Shown: one piece after another, positions 30,162 to 38,676 of the stretch
Numbering within the stretch: the first letter of the stretch is position 1
How the letters are laid out: every line of letters starts with the position of its first letter
DNA from: Promethearchaeota archaeon
Lineage (GTDB): Archaea > Asgardarchaeota > Lokiarchaeia > Sigyniarchaeales > SOKP01
Direction of reading: 5' to 3'
NCBI GenBank assembly: GCA_048941385.1
Contig: JBHLNR010000002.1
Coordinates: forward strand, 1,506-65,505
DNA: 64,000 bases
Notes under the pieces: generated by a model
What the model was told of the DNA's origin: nothing
What the model saw: the letters and a program-made list of their open reading frames with translations, nothing else
Databases searched by the model: none
Translations under genes and position numbers: made by a program

Positions 30162-33100
30162 TTATATTTTTTCTTTTAATTTAAGCCGTGGTGCTAATCC
30201 TAAACTCATCATTTCTTGCAACAATAATTTGAAGGCATATGAACAAACAACTTTCGATATTACTGTGCCTTCTCCACATACGGGGCAATAACGCTTATCA
30301 CGATTTCGATCATATACAGCTAGAAGTCCGCATTTTTCACATACTAAAATAACTGTTCTATCTGATTCGTCTAATAACCTTTCCTTCAGTAATAACGCCG
30401 ATCCATGTCCTACAAGACAATCTCGTTCCATCTCGCCAAAACGTAGACCACCTTCTCTTGCTCTGCCTTCTGTTGGCTGTCTCGTCAAAATTTGAACTGG
30501 TCCACGAGCTCTAGCATGTAGTTTATCCGCTACTAAATGATACAGTTTTTGGTAATAAATTGGAGCACAATAGATACCTGCTTCATATTTCTCCCCTGTA
30601 AAACCATTATACATAACTTCTCTACCATTGAATTCAAAGCCAGAATTTACTAATTGTTCCTGAAGGTCAGTTATATCTATCCATTCAAAAGCAGTCGCAT
30701 CACTTAACTTTCCATTAACACAGGCAATTTTACCACTTATTCCTTCAAATAATTGACCTAGAGTCATCCTTGATGGCATTGCATGTGGATTTACTATAAT
30801 GTCAGGAATTACACCTGAAGAAGTAAAGGGCATATCAGATTGTTCAACTACTAATCCAAGAACGCCTTTCTGACCATGTCTAGAAGAAAATTTATCTCCT
30901 AATTCTGGAATTCTTAGATCTCTTACTTTTATTTTTACTAATTTATTTCCATCTACTGTTTCAGAAATAATTACGGTGTCTACTATTCCTTTTTCATTAT
31001 GCCTCATATTTTTTGAGGTCTCACGCCGATTTGGTTGCATCAATTCAAATTCTTCATAAGATTTAATAAATCTTGGAGGAGAGGTTCTTCCAATAAGAAC
31101 ATCACCACCATTCACTTGAGTTTCTGGTTCTATTATCCCGTCTTCTTCTGATAATAGCCGATAAGATTCGGCAGATTTAAAACCTCTAACTCCCCTTTCT
31201 GGAATCTCAAATTTATCAACTTCTCCTCCCGGATACTTCCTTTCTTCAGCATCATAAGTTCTAAAGAAATGACTTCGAGCAAGACCTCTTTCAATAGATG
31301 CTTTATTAATAATGATTGCGTCTTCAATATTGAACCCTTCAAAACTCATCATTCCAATAATAAAATTTTGTCCTGCTGGTCGTTTATTAATTCCTATTAT
31401 CTCCATTGGGCTTGTTTTTACTAAGGGTTGCTGAGGATAATGTAATGTATGACCTCTAGTGTCAAGTCTAAGATGCATATTCGCAGCCCATAAACCTAAT
31501 GCCTGTTTTACCATCCCTGCCTCATAAGTATTTCTTGGTGATTGATTATGCTCCGGAAAAGGAATAATTGATGCACAAATTCCGAGAATTGCAGCTGGGG
31601 AAATTTCTAAATGGGTATGTTCACTAGTTAAATCATCTTCAAACATAGCAATGTAGGCGTTTTCTTCTTCTTCAGCATCCAAATATTCAATTACACCCTT
31701 TTGAACTAGATCAGACCATATGTATTTATTTTGCCTTAACTTCTCGATATCTTCTTTCATAATCAAAGGTTTTTTATTTTTCAACACAAAAAGTGGTCTT
31801 GTTGCTCTCCCAGCATCGCAATTAATTTGTATTTCTCTGGAGTCATGATAGTACCCAACGTTTACATGCTGACCTATTTCCCCTTTTCTTCTTTTATCTC
31901 TAAGTTGCCTAATAAAAGGATTGTATTGTTGATGAATCCCTACTAATTTTCCATTAAGAAATACCTTTACTTTGTCCCCTCTTACATTTTTTACTTCATT
32001 TATGGGAATAACTCCTAGATCGAACAATATGTTTTCAATTATTCTCTCATCAGCCCCAACTGAAATTATGGAAGCTAATCCAAGATTTTTAACTAAACCA
32101 CAATTTGGTCCCTCTGGAGTTTCTGCTGGACAAATCTTTCCCCACTGTGTTGGATGTAAATCTCTAGCTTCAAAATGGGGTTGACTACGGCTCAAAGGTG
32201 AGATGACTCTTCTCAGATGGCTCAATGTTCCAACATGATTCTGTCTATTCAACAATTGACTCACACCTGCTTTTCCTCCAACCCAATTTCCAGTAGCTAA
32301 GGCATGCCTAATTCGCTCTGTAATAACATCTGCTCTAACTGCTGTCTTTATATTTGGTGCTCTACCTCGAACTGCTGTTCTCTCAAGCTGATACTTAATA
32401 TCTTTAACGAGGTTTAAAAATGCAACTCTAAATAAACCTGTAAATAACTCACCGGCTAATTTTAACCGTTTATTTGAATAATGATCTTTATCATCCGGTT
32501 CTCTTAAACCTAGTGCAAGTTCCATTACTTTTTGTGCCATTTGGCCTAAGTAGTATGCTTTTTTGATTCTATCTTCTTCAGCATTTCCTATATGCGGTAA
32601 TAAATATCGATCCAAAACTTGGAGAGCTCTTCTAATACGATAATCTTTAGTTTGCCCGATAGCGACTCTTTTTCCGATATAATCAAGCGCATTTTGTTGG
32701 GATTTCTCTGGGTCTTTTAATACTTGAATCTCAGAAGCTACATCTATGACAGGGATCAATTCTTTTTGAATCTCTTCATTTTCAGATATAGCTTCAAAAA
32801 TTTCTCTATCTGAATGTAAACCTAAAGCTCGCATAAGAATTGCTAAAGGGATTTTACCAGGAACAGAAGGAAATGAAACCCTTAGATTACCATCCTTTTT
32901 CCTTTCGATTGTAACGGGAGCACGGAAACCACTTCTCGTTGAAAATACTTTTGCTTGATGGGTTGCGCTTGAACTTCTACTAGCTTCCTCTGCGAGTATT
33001 CTGTTAGGTGCTAAATCCTCTTGAGTCACCAAAACTCGTTCAGTTCCATTTATAATAAAATAACCGCCAGGATCTAACGGATCTTCTCCTCTATTAATTA

Positions 33101-33533
33101 ATTCCTGTTCAGACAGGCTCTCTAAGGGACACCGACAGCTTTTTAACATTATCGGAATTTTTCCGATATAGATATCTAATGTTTCTTCTGCCTCTTCTCT
33201 CTGGGTACGTTCATCAATGGTAATCGGAGTCATTTCTAAAGTAATATCTGCGGCATAGCTTAATTCTCTTATTCTTGCTTCAATAGGAGTTATTTCCATT
33301 GTAGCTCCATCAGCTTCTCTAACTTTTGGCATTCCAACTTTAATTTTACCAAATTTTATTTTGAAACCAGGGATATCAGGTATTACTTCACCAGACTCAT
33401 CAACTATAGATTGCATTTCATTTTCAATGAAATCATTGTAAGAATCCAAATGCTGACGAACAAGTCCCTTTTCATCAAAAAGGCTTTTTAAAACAACCCA
33501 TTTATCTTCATTAGATAATTTTTCAGTACTCAA
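30162..33533 (-). CDS. rpoB: DNA-directed RNA polymerase subunit B (unsplit)
   Basis: 1123 aa with conserved Rpb2-type blocks (GLVKNL, FSSRHGQKG, RFGEMERD) and a C-terminal zinc-binding CEKCG...CPVCG. Confidence 0.95.
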   Translation of the reverse strand: MSTEKLSNEDKWVVLKSLFDEKGLVRQHLDSYNDFIENEMQSIVDESGEVIPDIPGFKIKFGKIKVGMPKVREADGATMEITPIEARIRELSYAADITLEMTPITIDERTQREEAEETLDIYIGKIPIMLKSCRCPLESLSEQELINRGEDPLDPGGYFIINGTERVLVTQEDLAPNRILAEEASRSSSATHQAKVFSTRSGFRAPVTIERKKDGNLRVSFPSVPGKIPLAILMRALGLHSDREIFEAISENEEIQKELIPVIDVASEIQVLKDPEKSQQNALDYIGKRVAIGQTKDYRIRRALQVLDRYLLPHIGNAEEDRIKKAYYLGQMAQKVMELALGLREPDDKDHYSNKRLKLAGELFTGLFRVAFLNLVKDIKYQLERTAVRGRAPNIKTAVRADVITERIRHALATGNWVGGKAGVSQLLNRQNHVGTLSHLRRVISPLSRSQPHFEARDLHPTQWGKICPAETPEGPNCGLVKNLGLASIISVGADERIIENILFDLGVIPINEVKNVRGDKVKVFLNGKLVGIHQQYNPFIRQLRDKRRKGEIGQHVNVGYYHDSREIQINCDAGRATRPLFVLKNKKPLIMKEDIEKLRQNKYIWSDLVQKGVIEYLDAEEEENAYIAMFEDDLTSEHTHLEISPAAILGICASIIPFPEHNQSPRNTYEAGMVKQALGLWAANMHLRLDTRGHTLHYPQQPLVKTSPMEIIGINKRPAGQNFIIGMMSFEGFNIEDAIIINKASIERGLARSHFFRTYDAEERKYPGGEVDKFEIPERGVRGFKSAESYRLLSEEDGIIEPETQVNGGDVLIGRTSPPRFIKSYEEFELMQPNRRETSKNMRHNEKGIVDTVIISETVDGNKLVKIKVRDLRIPELGDKFSSRHGQKGVLGLVVEQSDMPFTSSGVIPDIIVNPHAMPSRMTLGQLFEGISGKIACVNGKLSDATAFEWIDITDLQEQLVNSGFEFNGREVMYNGFTGEKYEAGIYCAPIYYQKLYHLVADKLHARARGPVQILTRQPTEGRAREGGLRFGEMERDCLVGHGSALLLKERLLDESDRTVILVCEKCGLLAVYDRNRDKRYCPVCGEGTVISKVVCSYAFKLLLQEMMSLGLAPRLKLKEKI

Positions 33534-33580
33534 AATTTATCATATCCTACAAAATATTATCTTTAATAAATAAAATTATT

Positions 33581-33838
33581 TTACGCTTTTTCCTTTTTTA
33601 CATAACGATAGTAATCTATAGAGCTAACTGTTGTATGTGAGTCTCGGATTATTCTTACGATATCTCCCTCTTTTGCTCCAATAGCAATCGCAACTGGGTC
33701 TTTTTCAAATATCTGAGGCAAATCGGTTACTTCTATTTTATATTTCTCTAAGAGTTCTTGAGTTTCTTCTTTAGTTAAAAGAAGATGTGGGGGAACAAAT
33801 TTATGTAATAAGACATCAATTCTCTTTTTCTTAGTCAA
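33581..33838 (-). CDS. rpoH: DNA-directed RNA polymerase subunit H (Rpb5 C-terminal domain homologue)
   Basis: 85 aa with HKFVPPHLLLTKEETQELLEKYKI...LPQIFEKDPVA...GDIVRIIR. It sits immediately upstream of rpoB, as in other archaea. Confidence 0.85.
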   Translation of the reverse strand: MTKKKRIDVLLHKFVPPHLLLTKEETQELLEKYKIEVTDLPQIFEKDPVAIAIGAKEGDIVRIIRDSHTTVSSIDYYRYVKKEKA

Positions 33839-33945
33839 GGAAAAATCCTCTTAAATACCAATTAATAATATAAGAAATCAAACATTTCTAAAAAATTTTA
33901 CCAATTTTCCTCATTTTTTAATAAATTCTAATAGTTAAAAATATA

Positions 33946-34581
33946 TTATGTCCCTTGAAAATACCTAAAAACCCAATAACCACTTCTTTTACAGATTATT
34001 TCAATAGTATTATTTGGATAATTTTGATTGATATAGTCTAAAATATATGGTGCTCCCATTTTCTTCCTAATTACAAATTGAAATGAACCTTGTGGTTTCA
34101 TATAATAAGGGATAATATCGAATAAATTCAAAAATTCCTTTCTGCCTTGTCGTAGAGGAGGATTCATAAATATTCCGTCAAATTTTAAATTCTTTTCTTT
34201 TATCGGTTCAAAATAATTTCCCTGCAGAGCTAGTGCATTTTTTTTGTTATTCTTTAGATTCAATTTGATATTTTCCTTAGTACACCAAATTGCTCGCTTA
34301 TTAATATCTATTAAATAAACTACGCTATTTGGTGATTCATAACTTAAAACAATACCAATAGGACCATATCCGCATCCTAAATCAAGAAAAACACTAGGTT
34401 CCTTGGATATGATCATGTGTTCAATCAATACTTTGGTACCTAAATCTATTTTACCAAAAGAAAATACTCCTGTAATAGTTTTAAAAATATATAGATGTCT
34501 CCTTAAACTCTCTGAAATAGTATGAATTTTAACTCTTACGTCAGGAACTTCATCAAAATAATGTTGGTTATTGTTATCCAT
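33946..34581 (-). CDS. Class I SAM-dependent methyltransferase (RsmC/MJ0882-like, NPPxxxG type)
   Basis: SAM motif I VFLDLGCGYGPIGI and the catalytic FMNPPLRQG motif typical of exocyclic-N methyltransferases. Confidence 0.7.
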   Translation of the reverse strand: MDNNNQHYFDEVPDVRVKIHTISESLRRHLYIFKTITGVFSFGKIDLGTKVLIEHMIISKEPSVFLDLGCGYGPIGIVLSYESPNSVVYLIDINKRAIWCTKENIKLNLKNNKKNALALQGNYFEPIKEKNLKFDGIFMNPPLRQGRKEFLNLFDIIPYYMKPQGSFQFVIRKKMGAPYILDYINQNYPNNTIEIICKRSGYWVFRYFQGT

Positions 34582-34607
34582 GACAAAAAACAGCTTTAAT
34601 ATCTTCT

Positions 34608-35612
34608 CTATTTTTTTTCATCCCATCGAGGATATAATCCTCGCCTCATAAAAACCTTATCTGTTTTCACTAATATCCCTGATTTGGCTTTGTAAATCTG
34701 CATAGCATTTTTCAAAGAAGTACCAAATCCAATTAATTCTTTTTTTAATGTCATTAAAGCAACTATCATATCAGGCTTTATTCTAGCGTCTATATAACAT
34801 ATACCTGCTGAAGCTAAATCTGCACCATGGCAAATAGCATCAACAGCCGTATCTCTAATATAAATTTTAGGTAGATGGGAAACCATCTTTTCCATTGGAA
34901 ATACAATTTCCCTCAAATACGTTTCATCGTTCTCCAATTGATAAATTGTATAAGCGTCCTTCAAATTTTGGAGTGTAATTAGTTTTTCATTCTCGTTGAA
35001 ATTCCCAACCCTTGTTCTTCGTAACTCTAACATATGAGCACCTGAACAGAGAGCTTCTCCAATATCAAAACAAAACTTACGGATATAAGTCCCGGCTTCG
35101 CATCCTATCCTAAATAAAACATGATTATTATTTACTTCAATAATTTTACTATAATATATCTCTCTTATCCTGAGTTTTCTAGATACTGATGATTTTAAGG
35201 GAGGCCTTTGGTATATCTTGCCATTGAATAGTTTAAATACTTTTTCGATTCTTGTTAGTTTTTCAGGGGAATGTAAATAAAGTACACCTACATATTCTTT
35301 ACCAGCATTCAATAATGAAGATAAAGCTCTTGTAGCTCTTCCAAGGGCACAAGGCAACACTCCTGTAACTTTTGGATCCAAAGTTCCTCCATGTCCTGCA
35401 TTTGAAATTCCTAATACTTTACGAACCCACGAAACTACCTCATGACTAGTTGGACCACTTGGTTTATCTAAATTAATTACTCCATATTGTAAAAGGTCAG
35501 TAATTTCTCTGCTTTCTGGTTCACATCCATAATTCGGATTGCTAGTATCTTGTGATTTAACTAACAACTGCTCAGGTTCATCTGAAGGTAATTTCAATTC
35601 CGGGAGTTCCAT
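34608..35612 (-). CDS. cbf5: H/ACA RNP pseudouridine synthase Cbf5 (TruB family plus PUA)
   Basis: INLDKPSGPTSHEVV and GHGGTLDPKVTGVLP (catalytic Asp) motifs, with a C-terminal PUA domain. Confidence 0.9.
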   Translation of the reverse strand: MELPELKLPSDEPEQLLVKSQDTSNPNYGCEPESREITDLLQYGVINLDKPSGPTSHEVVSWVRKVLGISNAGHGGTLDPKVTGVLPCALGRATRALSSLLNAGKEYVGVLYLHSPEKLTRIEKVFKLFNGKIYQRPPLKSSVSRKLRIREIYYSKIIEVNNNHVLFRIGCEAGTYIRKFCFDIGEALCSGAHMLELRRTRVGNFNENEKLITLQNLKDAYTIYQLENDETYLREIVFPMEKMVSHLPKIYIRDTAVDAICHGADLASAGICYIDARIKPDMIVALMTLKKELIGFGTSLKNAMQIYKAKSGILVKTDKVFMRRGLYPRWDEKK

Positions 35613-35715
35613 TTTAAAATACAGAAAGAGAAATCTTTATTATTTATAAACTTGGACATTTCATAAATATTTCTTTTAAATTAAGTCTGTTTATGTAAAA
35701 TAGTTAATTGTTGAT

Positions 35716-35819
35716 CGGGCTATAGGGGAATTGAACCCCTGACCTTCCTTTTTATAAGAGATCATCTTATAAATTTCAGGTTAAAAGCCTGTTGCGCTAC
35801 CTGCCTGCGCCAATAGCCC
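35716..35819 (-). tRNA. tRNA-Lys (anticodon UUU) with a ~30-nt intron 3' of the anticodon stem (non-canonical position)
   Basis: Reverse complement folds as GGGCTAT-TG-GCGC..GCGC-A-ACAGG-CTTTTAA-CCTGA-[intron]-AGGTC-AGGGG-TTCAATT-CCCCT-ATAGCCC-G. The intron holds a perfect 9-bp hairpin, TTTATAAGA/TCTTATAAA. Confidence 0.85.
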
Positions 35820-35843
35820 ACAACTATTTTTCTTTGCTCAGAG

Positions 35844-35851
35844 ATATAAAA
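35844..35851 (-). promoter_or_regulatory. TATA box for tRNA-Lys
   Basis: On the minus strand, TTTTATAT lies 25-32 nt upstream of the tRNA 5' end, the canonical archaeal spacing. Confidence 0.4.
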
Positions 35852-35955
35852 GGTATATGCAATAAATCAATTATAATTTAAAAATTTTATTTTATATAGT
35901 GCCTTTCCCTTACATTTTAAATGTTTTATTGACCAGAATTCACAACTCAAGCTTT

Positions 35956-36999
35956 TTAATTGAAATGTTCAAACCCCTTACTTTTTAATTCAATTCTCTC
36001 ATTCTCCTTTAAGATATAAACAGACTCTTCAGAAATCACTTTACCAACTTTAAAAAGATCTCCACCTTTTGATTGAATTATTTTTTTTGCTTTAGAAAAA
36101 TCGTTCGGGTTCATTGTGAATAAATGGATATATTCTTCGCCCCCATTAAAAACAAGATCTTCTAACGGTGCATTATACTCTTGAGAATATTTAAATGCCT
36201 CTTGATCAATTAAATATTCATTAAAATCAATTTCAAATCCTATATTTGGATTGGATATCATCAAATCCAGTAAAGATTTTGATAATCCATCTGAAGAATC
36301 AATACTTGAAGTCGCTAACTTTCTTTCAGAAAAGAATAAGGCTTCTATCCCTGAAACTTCAGGTTCTAATACGCTTTTTACAGATCTTGTATAATTGGGA
36401 ATTTTATCTATTGCAACGTTTTTATTTAAGAGGATATCAAATCCAACTCCTGTCAATCCAAATCTTTTGTTAATAACTAAAATATTTTCTGCTTTAATCC
36501 CTTTTCTTAAAATTATTTCTGAAGGATGCTTGAAACCAAATACAGTTGGGGCTATGACAATTTCTTTGGTTTCATTGATATCTCCCCCAATAAGTTTGAG
36601 ATTGAATTTTGAAGAGGTATCAATTATACCAGTTATAATATCTATGAAATCTGCTTTTGCAAGTGTCTTAGGTAAACCTAGAGATAAAATAATTCCCTTC
36701 GGTTGAACTCCTTTGACTAGTAAGTCACTGATATTCATAATAACAGATTTCTTGCCGATTTGATATGAATTCATCTGTAGCGGGATATCGGTGGAAGATA
36801 CAAGCATATCTGAATTTAGAACCAAATTCTCATGAGATTCTATCTCTAGAAGATCAAAAAAAAAAGCATCATCTCTTATTAAAGGTTTTCTCGTCTTTTT
36901 TTTAACCAATTGTTCAATAATTTTTATTAATTTTACTTCTCCGAGGTTCCCTATTTGAGGATTATCACTCATTAGAAAAATTTTATAATTTTTTAACAA
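35956..36999 (-). CDS. thiL: Thiamine-monophosphate kinase-like (PurM/AIR-synthase superfamily)
   Basis: The N-terminal GE.KLIKII...DDAFFF...SSTD and ISDLLVKGVQPKG blocks match the ThiL/PurM fold. At 347 aa the size fits ThiL better than HypE or SelD. Confidence 0.6.
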   Translation of the reverse strand: MLKNYKIFLMSDNPQIGNLGEVKLIKIIEQLVKKKTRKPLIRDDAFFFDLLEIESHENLVLNSDMLVSSTDIPLQMNSYQIGKKSVIMNISDLLVKGVQPKGIILSLGLPKTLAKADFIDIITGIIDTSSKFNLKLIGGDINETKEIVIAPTVFGFKHPSEIILRKGIKAENILVINKRFGLTGVGFDILLNKNVAIDKIPNYTRSVKSVLEPEVSGIEALFFSERKLATSSIDSSDGLSKSLLDLMISNPNIGFEIDFNEYLIDQEAFKYSQEYNAPLEDLVFNGGEEYIHLFTMNPNDFSKAKKIIQSKGGDLFKVGKVISEESVYILKENERIELKSKGFEHFN

Positions 37000-37040
37000 C
37001 TATTATTTCTGAATAAACTTATATTTTTAAAAATTACTAT

Positions 37041-37142
37041 GCCTCTGTGGCTTAGTGGTAGAGCTATTGATTCGTAATCAATTGATCACATAATTCAATT
37101 AATCAGATGATTCGGTCGGGGGTTCAATTCCCCCCAGAGGCT
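37041..37142 (+). tRNA. tRNA-Thr (anticodon CGU) with a ~30-nt intron 3' of the anticodon stem (non-canonical position)
   Basis: Folds as GCCTCTG-TG-GCTT-AGTGGTA-GAGC-T-ATTGA-TTCGTAA-TCAAT-[~30 nt]-CGGTC-GGGGG-TTCAATT-CCCCC-CAGAGGC-T. Confidence 0.85.
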
Positions 37143-37146
37143 CTTA

Positions 37147-38160
37147 TTATACTTCCTCAGTGAAAAAATATTGCTTAATTATTTGTAAGGCAAGCATTTT
37201 GAATGCATCATTTATGTTTTCCCCTGTTTTTGCTGAAGTTTCGATATATGAAAGATTTAATTTTTTCGCTAACTCTTCTCCCGTTTCAGTTGAAATTATT
37301 CTCTTTTCTGTTAGATCTATTTTATTCCCTACTAATATTAAAGAAATTGCTGGTGATACCTCCATTATTTCATTGAACCAATCTTCAATTTTATCAAAAG
37401 TATCTTTACGGGTTACATCATATACTAAAATGCCTGCTTCGGCATTTGATAGATATGATTGCCTTACGCGCTTAAATTGTGCTTGACCTGCTAAATCCCA
37501 AAGAACAAATCTTACTTTCGAATCCAAACCTTCAAAATCACATTCTTTTTTCATTATTGAGGTCCCGATTGTAGATTTATAATCCGTTTGAAATGAATTT
37601 TCAACAAAACGATGAACCATGCTAGTTTTTCCTACTCCTCCTTCCCCCCCTAAAATCAATTTATATGCATATTCTCCCGATTTAATTTTTATTTTTTGAA
37701 GTGTATCCACTTTCCTTTCAATTTTTTGAAGATTTTGATCTAAAATGAGTTTGGGAATTACAGGACTTACGGGCCTCCCGTCAAATATTCGAGCTATCTT
37801 CTCAGCTGTTAAATAAGCATATGGAAAAATAGGATCGACCATAGCAATCGAGTCTAATACAGTAACAAAAATAGCTTCAGGCCCAGCTTCGCAAAAAATA
37901 ATGCGCTGTTCTTCTGTATCAAATGTACCTGTTCCAAAAGCACCTGAACTAAACTCTTCTGTAATTCTGGTTAAAACGGGTTCTACTAATGCACTAACGC
38001 CACCAATTACATCTTCCTCTACCTCTGATTCCGATTCTCCCTTTACTGCAGCCATTACTAATCCCTCTCTATTCACGATAATAGCCGCTATCAAATTTGT
38101 ACCCACTTCCTGCCTATACCACTTTAACAATGCTTCTAATTTGTTTCGATCAACCGACAT
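37147..38160 (-). CDS. Roadblock/LC7 domain fused to a Rab/Ras-like small GTPase
   Basis: The N-terminal ~125 aa resemble Roadblock/MglB (IAAIIVNREGLVMAAV...AIFVTVLD). The C-terminal half carries G1 GGEGGVGKTS, YKSTIGTS, G3 WDLAGQ, G4 GNKIDL and G5 ETSAKTG. Confidence 0.8.
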   Translation of the reverse strand: MSVDRNKLEALLKWYRQEVGTNLIAAIIVNREGLVMAAVKGESESEVEEDVIGGVSALVEPVLTRITEEFSSGAFGTGTFDTEEQRIIFCEAGPEAIFVTVLDSIAMVDPIFPYAYLTAEKIARIFDGRPVSPVIPKLILDQNLQKIERKVDTLQKIKIKSGEYAYKLILGGEGGVGKTSMVHRFVENSFQTDYKSTIGTSIMKKECDFEGLDSKVRFVLWDLAGQAQFKRVRQSYLSNAEAGILVYDVTRKDTFDKIEDWFNEIMEVSPAISLILVGNKIDLTEKRIISTETGEELAKKLNLSYIETSAKTGENINDAFKMLALQIIKQYFFTEEV

Positions 38161-38411
38161 GACATTATAAACCTTTGAAAAACTAAATGTAGTATAACCT
38201 AACTAAAATCTCATGATTTAATATAATATGTTTATCTTAAAAATTTATAGAAAACGATAATTGAATTTGACCTTCAATTGGAATTCATCATTTATAATGA
38301 AAATTAACGATAATAAAGGAAAAAGATTTTAAAAATTGGATACATTATCTGAATTCAACATTATTTATAGTATGTGTTCTTGATATTTCAAAAAAAAAAA
38401 GCCCAAATAAA

Positions 38412-38563
38412 GCAGGAGTTGCCAAGCCTGGTCTAAGTTCTGTTTTGTATATTGAACAGGCGATCACCGGCGCTAGACTGAGGCTCTAGTGACATAGGTC
38501 TTCGTGGGTTCGAATATTGAACAAAGGTCATATCGACCTCATTCGAAAATCCCACCTCCTGCA
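38412..38563 (+). tRNA. tRNA-Leu (anticodon GAG) interrupted by two introns (D-arm ~32 nt, T-loop 35 nt)
   Basis: Folds as GCAGGAG-TT-GCCAAGCCTGGTCTAAG-[intron 1]-GC-G-CTAGA-CTGAGGC-TCTAG-TGACATAGGTCTTC-GTGGG-TTCGAA[intron 2]T-CCCAC-CTCCTGC-A. Removing both inserts gives an 85-nt class II tRNA. Confidence 0.8.
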
Positions 38564-38676
38564 AATTTAAGGTTCCTCTTATACATTTTCTTGTTGTAAT
38601 ATTGAGAAAGATCAGTCTTAATATCCTACTTATTTAATAATGACCGATAAATAAAAAACTTAAAATAATGATCTAG

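Noticed and set aside
36246-36706. Plus-strand ORFs 36246..36473 and 36395..36706 inside the thiL-like gene. The many similar 60-110-aa antisense or alternative-frame ORFs fall in the same class, for example 810..1016, 1089..1346, 2045..2236, 3970..4176, 5380..5583, 6645..6851, 7798..8001, 9293..9481, 10171..10410, 16024..16215, 17530..17787, 17993..18205, 18861..19118, 20713..20922, 24581..24763, 28597..28827, 29715..29897, 31133..31342, 31972..32184, 37160..37486, 37901..38170, 39159..39386, 40020..43271 (several), 46792..47031, 49803..50012, 50742..50930, 51491..51742, 53775..54038, 54919..55101, 55239..55466, 59039..59224, 60688..60888, 63258..63542 and 63558..63797.
   Set aside because: All are nested within longer ORFs that carry clear family motifs. 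They have skewed S/F/L/I-rich composition and lack start-site context, so I treat them as shadow ORFs.
35716-37142. The shared AGATGAT in the tRNA-Lys and tRNA-Thr introns, considered as a possible C-box of an intron-encoded C/D box sRNA (as in euryarchaeal tRNA-Trp introns).
   Set aside because: The introns are only ~30 nt. The motif is not the full RUGAUGA, and no matching D box (CUGA) with a terminal stem is present.
38261-38285. A perfect 7-bp inverted repeat, AATTGAA-TTTGACC-TTCAATT, between the Roadblock-GTPase gene and tRNA-Leu.
   Set aside because: A short AT-only palindrome is expected by chance at this base composition, and there is no second copy or adjacent regulator. I note it only as a possible operator.
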